Part shown: piece by piece, positions 35,967 to 45,829 of the stretch
Layout: each line of letters opens with the position of its first letter
How positions within the stretch are numbered: the stretch's first letter is position 1
Origin: Octopus sinensis
Lineage: Eukaryota
DNA: 64,000 nt
Assembly: GCF_006345805.1 (NCBI RefSeq)
Contig: NC_043023.1
Coordinates: 13,764,001 to 13,828,000 of the forward strand
Reading direction: 5' to 3'
The notes under the pieces: generated by a model
Seen by the model: only the letters and a program-made list of their open reading frames with translations
What the model was told of the DNA's origin: nothing
Databases searched by the model: none
Made by a program: the position numbers and the translations under genes

Positions 35967-36150
35967 AATAATAATAATAATAATAATAATAATTGTGTAC
36001 AGTGCTCAGGTGCACTACAACTCGTCTAAAGTGTATATATAATCAGGTGTAGTTTCGGCGGATTTCGGAAAGCATGAGGGCCTTAAAGGATGCAGTGTCA
36101 TGGCAGTCAACAACTGACGCAGGCAGTTTATTCCATGCTTCAGCAACTCT
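35967..36150 (-). mobile_element. CR1-group LINE 3' end, about 180 bp
   Basis: Near-identical to 31350-31515 with (AAT)n tail. Confidence 0.85.
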
Positions 36151-36221
36151 TCTGCAAGTTATGAAGAATCCAAACTTATTCGTATATCAGGAATGAGAAC
36201 CCAGGTTCAAAATTTCCCCAA

Positions 36222-36267
36222 GACACCTGATGAAGGCTGGAGGGTATATCAGCCGAAATGTTGTGTT
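36222..36267 (+). ncRNA. Type I hammerhead ribozyme motif in a Penelope-like end
   Basis: GACAC-CTGATGA-A-GGCTG/10 nt/CAGCC-GAAA-TG-TT-GTGTT: stem I 5 bp, stem II 5 bp, GUU triplet; U15.2-G16.2 wobble. Confidence 0.7.
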
Positions 36268-36354
36268 AACAACAAACAAGATGAGGACAAATATCTGTCA
36301 ATTGTAAATAATGTAAATCATGTACATAATTCCTCATCTCTTAAATATAGAAGT

Positions 36355-36690
36355 GAACCAGCCAGGACCCCTGGTCTGGTGGTACGTAAAAAGCACTATC
36401 CGGGCCGATGCCAGCGCCGCCTTGACTGGCTTCCGGGCCGGTGGCACGTAAAATGCACCAATCCGACCGTGGCCGTTGCCAGCCTCGCCTGGCACCTGTG
36501 CAGGTGGCACGTAAAAAGCACCCACTACACTCACAGAGTGGTTGGTGTTAGGAAGGGCATCCAGCCGTAGAAACATTGCCAGATAAGACTGGTGCCTGGT
36601 GCAGCCTTCTGGCTTCCCAGATCCCCGGTCGAACCATCCAACCCATGCTAGCATGGAGAACGGACGTTAAACGATGATGATGATGATGAA
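36355..36690 (+). mobile_element. RTE 3' end
   Basis: Ends ccaacccatgctagcatggagaacggacgttaaacgatgatg. Confidence 0.8.
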
Positions 36691-36977
36691 TGGCAAACAG
36701 TGTTCTTAAATTGCCTCCTGTGCAAGACACAGAAGCTTCTGATATGGCTGCCATCCAATGATTATCATTCTGTAACAAACTGAACCCAAAATCTGCCTCT
36801 CTATTTGAAGCACAAACAGAACCATCAACAGTTTGAATGTCGATAAAAGATATGGGACCACGAATTTCATGGAGGCCGCTGACACATAAAAAGCACCATC
36901 CAAATTTGGCTGATGCCAGCGCCGCTAAAATAGTGAAGCTGGCTGTGCATGTGTTTCAGATATACAACCAACACCAA

Positions 36978-37475
36978 TCTCTCTCTATATAAACGGCAGT
37001 TTGTGTGTCTGTCAGGTTGTACCCTCACCCTGACTACGGCTTTCAACCGATTCTGATGAAACTTGACACACACATAGCCCAATGTCATAATTCAAAACTA
37101 ATGCAGCGAAAATTTTGAAAAGTTCCCCCAGTTCTGAAAAAAATCGATAAATTCGACATGGGGTCGAGAATCTAAGCTTTTTATTTGCAACACATTTTCT
37201 GTTGTAGTTTTCGCAACTTGCAATCGATTTCCACCAAACTCATGGTGAAGCTTAATGTTACCCTAAGAAACTTAATTCTGACGTTATGTTTCCATGCAAT
37301 ACCTTACCATCAGAAAAAATCGATAAAATCATGCCATTTTGGGAAATCGTGTTCAAATTCAAGATGACATATTTTCGACAATATCTTTCTCAAATTGGCA
37401 GGAATTTTTAAAAAAATTCCCAGCGAGCATCATGTCTGCTCCAGGGGCTCTTACATACCTGGGCTATGCTGCTAG
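36978..37475 (+). mobile_element. Non-autonomous Helitron-type element
   Basis: A|TC 5' end (tctctctctatataaacggcag); CCAGG/CCTGG hairpin about 10 nt before the CTAG|T 3' end; no TSD. Confidence 0.65.
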
Positions 37476-37563
37476 TGTGTGATAACTATACCGTAAATCC
37501 TCAAGTATAATCCGCATTTTTTCCCCAGAATTTAAAGGTCAAAATCCCTAGTGTTTACTATAT

Positions 37564-37874
37564 CACTGTGATCACCGTGACCGACCAGACCATCAGATGT
37601 TGCTACACATCGCTGGTCACAATGCGCTTCGCATTGTTTTAGCCTTCAAATGACGCCACCCCGCTGGCTAAGTGAGCAGGCCAACAGAAGAAAGGGTGAG
37701 AGAAAGTTGTGGCGAAAGAGTACAGCAGGGATCACCACCACCCACTGCTGGAGCCTTGTGGAGCTTTACGTGTTTTCGCTCAATAAACACTCACAACGCC
37801 CGGTCTGGGAATCCTAACCGCGATCCTATGACCGCGAGTCCGCTGCCCTAACCACTGGGTCATTGCACCTCCAC
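37564..37874 (-). mobile_element. SINE family B with 14-bp TSD
   Basis: agtgtttactatat (37550-37563) and agtgtgtactatat (37875-37888) flank the copy. Confidence 0.9.
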
Positions 37875-38039
37875 AGTGTGTACTATATATGAGGTTAAAA
37901 ATGAAAAATATTTTCTAAGCAATGTCCGAGTCTCTATTTGCTGTCCGGCAATGTTTATTCAGACGCATTTTGTGATGTTGGGCGCGAAAATACCTTAAGC
38001 TAAGCCTGAAAGCAATGAAGTCATAAAAGAATCATCCAT

Positions 38040-38740
38040 AACTTGCAGTAAGCAACATTTATTAAAATAAAAGTATTCAGAACATAGAATAACAAGTAAC
38101 AAAAACAATTTCCAAAATATTTACATTCCCATATAACAGTTAAGAACATCACCATTATTGTATTACGCGTGTGTGGAAGTGTTTGTTCGACTAGGTGCTA
38201 CTGGCTTAATTACACACAACTCAAATTAGAGAATGGGTGCGTATTATACACAAGGTTTAGGTTTTTCAGAGGTACAGCCCCCTAAACTTGCAGTAAGCAA
38301 CATTTATTAAAATAAATTCAGAACACAGAATAACAAGTAACAAAAACAATTTGCAAACATATTTACATTCCCATATAACAGTTAAGAACATCACCATTAT
38401 TGTATTACGCGTGTGTGGAAGTGTTTGTTCGACTAGGTGCTACTGGCTTAATTACACACAACTCAAATTAGAGAATGGGTGCGTATTATACACAAGGTTT
38501 AGGTTTTTCAGAGGTACAGCCCCCTAAACTTGCAGTAAGCAACATTTATTAAAATAAATTCAGAACACAGAATAACAAGTAACAAAAACAATTTGCAAAC
38601 ATATTTACATTCCCATATAACAGTTAAGAACATCACCATTATTGTATTACGCATGCACGGAAGTGTTTGTTCGACTAGGTGCTGCTGGCTTGATTATGCA
38701 CAACTCAAGTTAGAGAAGGGGTGCGTATTATACACAAGGT
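38040..38740. repeat. About 241-bp internal segment of the TcMar element in three tandem copies
   Basis: aacttgcagtaagcaacatttatt at about 38040, 38285 and 38526. Confidence 0.95.
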
Positions 38741-38744
38741 TTAC

Positions 38745-39340
38745 CAAGGAAATGACTAGTGACTGAGACTTTTGGAAATATGCCATGCATGAGAAGACCC
38801 GGCAAGCCAAATGAGACCATAATCTCGTGGCCTATGCCAGGGGTGTAACCAGCCCACTTATGCGTACCTTTTCCTTCTTTGGACACTAAAACACTCCTTG
38901 CGAAGACCTGTTGAGGCAAGTGAAATCAAAATCAAATTCGATGGCTGGCGTCCGTGCTAGCAGGGTGCAAAGAGCACCATACAAGGGTGATCATTGACAG
39001 AGTGGCTAACTGGGTTCCGTACCAGTGGCTCTTAAAAACACCATTCGAGCGTGATCATTACCAGCATCGCCTTACTGGCACTCAAGTCCCGTGCTAATAG
39101 GGTATTAAGAGCACCATCTGAGCGTGATCACTGCCAGAGCGGCTATCTGGCCCCATGCCGGTGGCAGATAAAAGCACCCACTACACTCTCGGAGTGGTTG
39201 GCGTTAGGAAGGGCATCCAGCTGTAGAAACTCTGCCAGATCAAGATTGAAGCCTGGTGCAGCCATCTGGTTCGCCAGCCCTCAGTCAATCGTCCAACCCA
39301 TGCAAGCATGGGAAGCGGATCTTAAACGATGATGATGATG
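38745..39340 (+). mobile_element. RTE LINE 3' UTR
   Basis: Matches the reverse complement of 17000-17680; (GAT)n tail. Confidence 0.8.
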
Positions 39341-39412
39341 ACAGCCCCCTAAAAATCCCTTACATATTATACTCAAGGATTTACGGTACATATATTATAT
39401 GCGTGGAGGTGT

Positions 39413-39619
39413 ATCATCATCATCATCATCATCATTTAGCTTCCGTTCTCCATGCTAGCATGGGTTGGACGGTTCAACTGGGGTCTGTGAAGCTGGAAGG
39501 CTTCATCAGGCCCAGTCTGATCTGGCAGTGTTTCTACGGCTGGATGCCCTTCCTAACGCCAACCACTCCGTGAGTGTAGTGGGTGCTTTTTACGTGTGTG
39601 TGTTGTGTGTGTGTATATA

Positions 39620-39657
<38 letters not shown>

Positions 39658-39847
39658 CATCATCATCATCATTTAGCGTCCGTTTTCCATGCTAGCATGG
39701 GTTGGACGGTTCAACTGGGGTCTGTGAAGCTGGAAGGCTTCATCAGGCCCAGTCAGATCTGGCAGTGTTTCTACAGCTGGATGCCCTTCCTAACGCCAAC
39801 CACTCCGTGAGTGTAGTGGGTGCTTTTTACGTGTGTGTGTGTGTGTG

Positions 39848-39882
<35 letters not shown>

Positions 39883-40060
39883 CATCATCATCATCATTTA
39901 GCGTCCGTTTTCCATGCTAGCATGGGTTGGACGGTTCAACTGGGGTCTGTGAAGCCAGAAGGCTTCATCAGGCCCAGTCAAATCTGGCAGTGTTTCTACG
40001 GCTGGATGCCCTTCCTAATGCCAACCACTCCGTGAGTGTAGTGGGTGCTTTTTACGTGTG

Positions 40061-40111
<51 letters not shown>

Positions 40112-40290
40112 CATCATCATCATCATTTAGCTTCCGTTCTCCATGCTAGCATGGGTTGGACGGTTCAACTGGGGTCTGTGAAGCTGGAAGGCTGCACCAG
40201 GCCAGTCAGATCTGGCAGTGTTTCTACAGCTGGATGCCCTTCCTAACGCCAACCACTCCGTGAGTGTAGTGGGTGCTTTTTATGTGCCCT
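39413..40290 (-). repeat. Four tandem RTE 3' ends (about 230 bp) separated by (TG)n(TA)n
   Basis: atttagc.tccgtt.tccatgctagc at about 39433, 39670, 39895 and 40124. Confidence 0.95.
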
Positions 40291-40462
40291 TTTTGATATT
40301 CCTGTTACTCTACATATTGAGCAGTTAAATGCTTGTTTGTTTGTTTTTTACAGTTTAAAATTGATTTTTTTTTTTTTTACAATTTATAATTGATTTTTTG
40401 TTAGTTTTTTTTTTCCATTTTATAATTGATTTTTTTGTTTGTTTCTTTTTTTTAACATTTAG

Positions 40463-41045
40463 CTCTGGTGATGCCGTGATGTTTCGTGGTGAAGAGTTGG
40501 GAAGTCCGTCCGACCGAGAGAAGCGGGAGATCCAGCTTGACCACTTGCTCTATGCCAAAGCCAAGGCCATCATAATCCGAGTGAAATCCCTAGGCGAAGA
40601 CACTCGGTGGTGGATATCCCTCGGACACTGGTTCCAAAATACTGCGGTCATCTCCGGCCTCGGCTGTGCAATCACCTACGAGATCTGGCCACAGAACAGC
40701 CTGCTGATCTGCTCATGGGGTCTACTCAGCCTGCTGGCCGGCGGCATTCACGCCCTGTCCTGGCAGACTGACCCATGCTCGGCGTACGAGGTCGAAACGA
40801 ACGCCGAACACCTGAGGACTTTACTAGCAGACTCCGACGTCCAAAACAGCACTGTCACAAGTGTCGCCGTGGTCGGAGGGTCAATCAGCGGCGACAGTAA
40901 TGACGATGACGGAAGCGATGACGGCCACACTCCACTGGTCATTGTCCACTCAAATAAATTTGTTCAAAACTTAGTCTGTAATGCCACAGTCATCTTAGCC
41001 GCCTGGATTTGTGGCCGAAGAATTTATAAATGGTATATCAAATAA
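40463..41045 (+). CDS. TMEM11: TMEM11/PMI-family mitochondrial transmembrane protein, terminal coding exon (divergent)
   Basis: Acceptor ttttttttaacatttAG|C; LGEDTRWWISLGHWFQNTAV vs human IGDETARWITVGNCLHKTAV; SWQTDPCSAYEVE vs SWQFDPCCKYQVE; C-terminal PLVIV..CGRRIYKWY vs PVVLV..CVKKIYELY; in-frame ATG at 40479; stop TAA 41043-41045; human sequence recalled from memory. Confidence 0.85.
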
Positions 41046-41111
41046 AGTGCTTGGAACAAAAGTTATTTTTCTCTCTAAGCCATGTTCTTTCTTTCTTTCT
41101 TTCTTTATAGA

Positions 41112-41157
<46 letters not shown>

Positions 41158-41173
41158 TATATTTGTGTGTGTT

Positions 41174-41206
<33 letters not shown>

Positions 41207-41269
41207 GCTTGCGCATGTGTGTTTGTGTGTGTGTGTACTTATGTTTGGGGTGTGGTTTGTGTGTGTGTG

Positions 41270-41820
41270 CTTGCCCCCACCATCATCACTTGACAACTGG
41301 TGTTGGTGTGTTTATGTTCCCATAACTTAACAGCTCAGCAAAAGAGAGCGATAGAATAAGTACAAAGTTTTAAAAAAGTAGCCTGAGGCTACACTAGCAG
41401 ACACTTGCCCAAGGTGCCACGCAGTGGGACTGAACCTGGAACCTTGTGGTTGGGTAGCAATTTTGCCACACCTGCGCCTATGTTCTATGTAATTACCATC
41501 CTAGTACTAGCCTAGTACTTATTCTATCGGTCTCTTTTGCCGAACCGCTAAGTTACAGGGACGTAAACACACCAGCATTGGTTGTCAAGCAATGTTGGGG
41601 GAACAAACACAAACATTTACACACACACACATATATATATATATACATGTATACAACGGGCTTCTTTCAGTTTCCGTCTACCAAATCCACTCACAAGGCT
41701 TTGGTCGACCCGGGGCTATAGTAGAAGACACTTACCCAAGGTGTTACGCAGTGGGACTGAACCCGGAACCATGTTGTTGGTAAGCAAACCACTTACCACA
41801 CAGCCACTCCTATGCCTAAA
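41270..41820. mobile_element. SINE family A fragments (two orientations)
   Basis: + mid/tail piece 41270-41365, minus head 41390-41480, minus copy 41505-41820. Confidence 0.75.
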
Positions 41821-42232
41821 AATATTATCAGCCGCCGGATGCCGAAACCCAGGAATGAACCGGGGGCGTTTAGATCTTCAGTCTATTCAAAACTTTTTAT
41901 TCTTTGCACCCATTAATAAGCATTACACCTAGCATTACATTTGACAGATTTACCTGAATGCTACAGGCTTAAACTGGTCATATCCAGCCCAAATAATCTA
42001 CCTGATTTATGTTCATACCAGTTGAATCATACTTTTCACACCTACCCTACAATGTCATTTTAAAAATAATCAATCACATCATTGAAATCTCAAATCAAAG
42101 CTACAAGATAATTCTGTGTTTTCTCAATGGATATATTTTTCTTAGAAATAATGCATTTCTAAATCTCTGAGAGATTTATACCGTAGTGATTCGTTAAAGT
42201 AGTCGTATACTGTCAACTAAATGTGACAGTAC

Positions 42233-42630
42233 CATCATCATCATCATCATCGTTTAACGTCCGTTCTCCATGCTAGCATGGGTTGAACGGTTCGACCGGG
42301 GTCTGGGAAGCCAGGGGCTGCACCAGGCTCCAGTCTGATCTGGCAGAGTTTCTACAGCTGGATGCCTTTCCTAATGCCAACCACTCCGCGAGTGTAGTGG
42401 GTGCTTTTTACGTGCCACCTGCACAGGTGCCAGGGGGGTCCGGCATCATCCACGATCGATTGGAGCTTTTAACATGCCACCGGCACGGAAGCCAGCTAAG
42501 GTGGCGTTGGCAACGGCCACGTTCGGATGGTGCTTTTTATGTGCCACCGGCACAGGAGCCAGTTGGGGCGGCACTGGCATCGGCCACGTTCGGATGGTGC
42601 TTTTTATGTGCCACCGGCACAGGAGCCATG
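42233..42630 (-). mobile_element. RTE 3' end with internal repeats
   Basis: catcatcatcgtttaacgtccg signature. Confidence 0.8.
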
Positions 42631-42850
42631 AAGGGAATAAATACTACTGCTGTTTTGCCCTAGGAAGCAGCACTGCTCCCTGTCATCCTTGACACATTTC
42701 CTAGACTCAGAAACTAGTCTCTGGATTCAGGCTTAGCTGGATGGGGGTGCCTGTCTACCCCTTGTAAACATAAGGACACAAGAAATGTGTCAAGGCCAAC
42801 AGGAAGCGGTGCTGCTTCCTAGGGCTAAACAGCGGTGGTGTAATTCCCTT
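42631..42850. mobile_element. MITE, about 220 bp, with about 70-bp imperfect TIRs
   Basis: 42631-42699 approximately complementary to 42783-42850 (AAGGGAAT...ATTCCCTT). Confidence 0.7.
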
Positions 42851-43149
42851 TATGGGACTGTCACGTTAAGTTGACGGCATACTAGTACTTTATTTTTTTC
42901 TTGTTTCCTTTTAATTCTGTCGTATTTAAACTCAAATACTCTACCTGTTCATGTTTGAACCAGCCAGATCTGGTTGTTCTCACTTAATCTTACAATGCCA
43001 TTCTAAAACTAAACAATCATCAAAATCTCAAATATGTAAAGATACTGAATGATTAATTCAGAACAATGTGAATAAATAAGGATTATATTTGGCAGATAAT
43101 CTGAATGCTGAAGGATTAAACCAGTCATATCTGACCCAAATATTCTTTT

Positions 43150-43705
43150 TATTTGTCTCGGTCATTTGACTGTGGCCATACTGGAGCACCGCCTTTAGTC
43201 AAGCAAATTGCCCCCAGGACTTATTCTTTGTAAGGCTAGTACTTATTTTATCAGTCTCTTTTGCCGAACCGCTAAGTTACGGGGACGTAAACACACCAGT
43301 TGTCAAGCGATGTTGGGGGTGACACACACATGCATATATATATATATATATATACATATATACGACGGGCTTCTTTCAGTTTCCGTCTACTAAATCCACT
43401 CACAAGGCTTTGGTCGGCCCGAGGCTATAGTAGAAGACACTTGCCCAAGGTACCACGCAGTGGGACTGAACCTGGAACCATGTAGTTGGTAAACAAGCTA
43501 CTTACCACACAGCCACTCCTATGCCTATATATATATATACGACGGGCTTCTTTCAGTTTCTGTCAACCAAATCCACTCACAAGGCTTTGGTCGGCCCGAG
43601 GCTATAGTAGAAGACACTTGCCCAAGGTGCCATACAGTGGGACTGAACCCGGAACCATGTGGTTGGTAAACAAGCTACTTACCACACGGCCACTCCTGTG
43701 CCTAT
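43150..43705 (-). mobile_element. SINE family A with two heads
   Basis: Heads at about 43362-43530 and 43540-43705. Confidence 0.9.
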
Positions 43706-43969
43706 GTACTTGTTTTATGTTCAAACTAGTCAGATGAGACTTCTCACACCTGACCTACAATGTCACTCTAAAAATAAACAATCACATCATTAAAATTTCA
43801 ATGCTGCAAGATAATCACATGATTAATTAAAAACTATGAGAATAAATAACCATTACATTTGACAGGATAATGTAAATGCTACAGGGTTAAACTGGCCATA
43901 TCAGGCCCAAATATTCTACTTAGGCCTTTCGCACCTACCCTACAATATCATTTTAAAATTAAACAAACA

Positions 43970-44250
43970 CATCCGTTCGTGTCCGTTGCCAGCCTCGCCG
44001 GTGGCACGTAAAAGCACCATCCGATCGTGGCCGTTTGCCAGCCTTGTCTGGCACCTGTGCCGGTGGCACGTAAAAAGCACCCACTACACTCACGGAGTGG
44101 TTGGCGTTAGGAAGGGCATCCAGCCGTAGAAACACTGCCAAATCTGACTGGGCCTGATGAAGCCTTCCAGCTTGCCAGACCCCCAGTTGAACCGTCCAAC
44201 CCATGCCAGCATGGAAAGCGGATGCTAAATGATGATGATGATGATGATGA
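43970..44250 (+). mobile_element. RTE 3' end
   Basis: (GAT)n tail at 44230-44250. Confidence 0.8.
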
Positions 44251-45109
44251 CATCCTTGAAGTCTCAAAGCTGTGAGATAAGGAACAATAAAAACGAATGG
44301 GAATAAAAAAGGATTACATTTGGTGGAGTACTTTTATTGCGACAGGGTTGAAATGGCCATGCCCAGCCCAAATATTTTATGCTTTATGTTCAAACAGGCC
44401 ATATCAGGCTCCTCGCACCTACCCTACAATGTCACTCTAAAAATAAATGATTACACCATTGAAATCTCAAAGCTATAAAGATTACATTTGACAGAGTAAT
44501 CTGAATGCTAAAGGATTAAACTGGCCATATCTGGCTTCTCACACCTACCCTACAATGTCCTTCTAAAAATAAAGAATCATATCGTTGAAATCTCAAAGTA
44601 ATGAGATAATCCATGATTAATCCAAAACAATGTGAATAAATAAGGATTATTTGACAGAATAATCTGAATGCTACAGGGTTAAACTGACCATATCTGGCTC
44701 AAATATTCTGTTTTATGTTCAAACTGACCAGACCCAGCCTCTCACACCTACCCTACAATGTCATTCTAAAAATAAACAATCAAATCATCAAAATCTTAAG
44801 GCTATGAGATAATCCATGATTAATCCAAAGAAGCCTTATATTTGACAGAGTAATCTGATTGCCCAAGGGTTATACTGACCATATCTGGCCGAAGTATTTT
44901 ACTTTTTTTTATGTTCAAACTGGCCAAATGCAGTCTCTGGTACTTGACCTTTAATGTCATTCTAAAAATAAGCAATGATGTCATCAAAACCTCAAGGCTA
45001 CAAGACAATGCCATGACAACAGATAAACTTCACGCTTGACCGGGTAACCGGAATACTGAATGGTCATTGTTGTATCCAGGACAAAAATTTAATTTGTTAT
45101 AATTTTTTT

Positions 45110-45570
45110 ACTACCATTACTACCAACAATATCATCACCACCACCTCCACCATCACCACCACCACCTCCAACATTACCATCACCACTACACTATTATCAC
45201 TATATTCACCACCATCACCACCACTAATACCATTACCACCACCACCACCACCACTACTACTACCACCAACACCACCACCTCAATCACCACCACCATCACA
45301 ACTGCCACTACGACGACAACGACCACCACCATCACCGTCATCACCACCATCACTGCTACTATCCCCACCATCATCATCATAATTCCACCACCACCACCAC
45401 TACCATCACCATTACAACAACCACCACCTCAACCACCACCACCATCACAACTGCCACTACAACAACGACCACCACCATCACCGTCATCACCACCATCACT
45501 GCTACTATCCCCACCATCATATCATAATTCCACCACCACCACCACTACCACCTACCACTTACCCCTGAGA
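45110..45570. repeat. (ACC)n-rich tract with an internal about 140-bp duplication
   Basis: catcaccgtcatcaccaccatcactgctactatccccacc occurs twice here and again near 52505. Confidence 0.85.
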
Positions 45571-45829
45571 ACAACATCCCAGTGCACAGGTCAAACATGA
45601 ACTGGAATTTTAGCAACCCTGTCCTGGGAGTGAAGGTACAAAAGGTAGAAAGCTCAGGTGTAATATGATATCTTAAGAAAAGTCAGTTTGTAATTTAAAC
45701 TGAAGGTGGTCTTGATGGCCGAGTATATATGAACAAAAATGGATTTCTTTTATTCTTTTATTTGTTTCAGTCATTTGACTGTGGCCATGCTGGAGCACTG
45801 CCTTTAGTCGAGCAAATCGACCCCAGAGC

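Larger units (their letters stand above)
37491..39386. mobile_element. Tc1/mariner(pogo)-like non-autonomous element carrying nested inserts
   Basis: TA|CCGTAAATCCTCAAGTATAAT ... ATTATACTCAAGGATTTACGG|TA: 21-bp TIRs with 2 mismatches and TA duplication. Confidence 0.8.
41930..45010. repeat. Old head-to-tail array of the piggyBac-like MITE, interrupted by younger inserts
   Basis: Junction ctgaatgcta.agggttaaactggccatatc (with variants) at about 41955, 43105, 43875, 44340, 44500, 44665 and 44855. Confidence 0.7.

Noticed and set aside
39490-44170. CTGATGAAG in RTE 3'-end copies
   Set aside because: A point variant of the consensus CTGGTGCAG; no GAAA half or stems follow.
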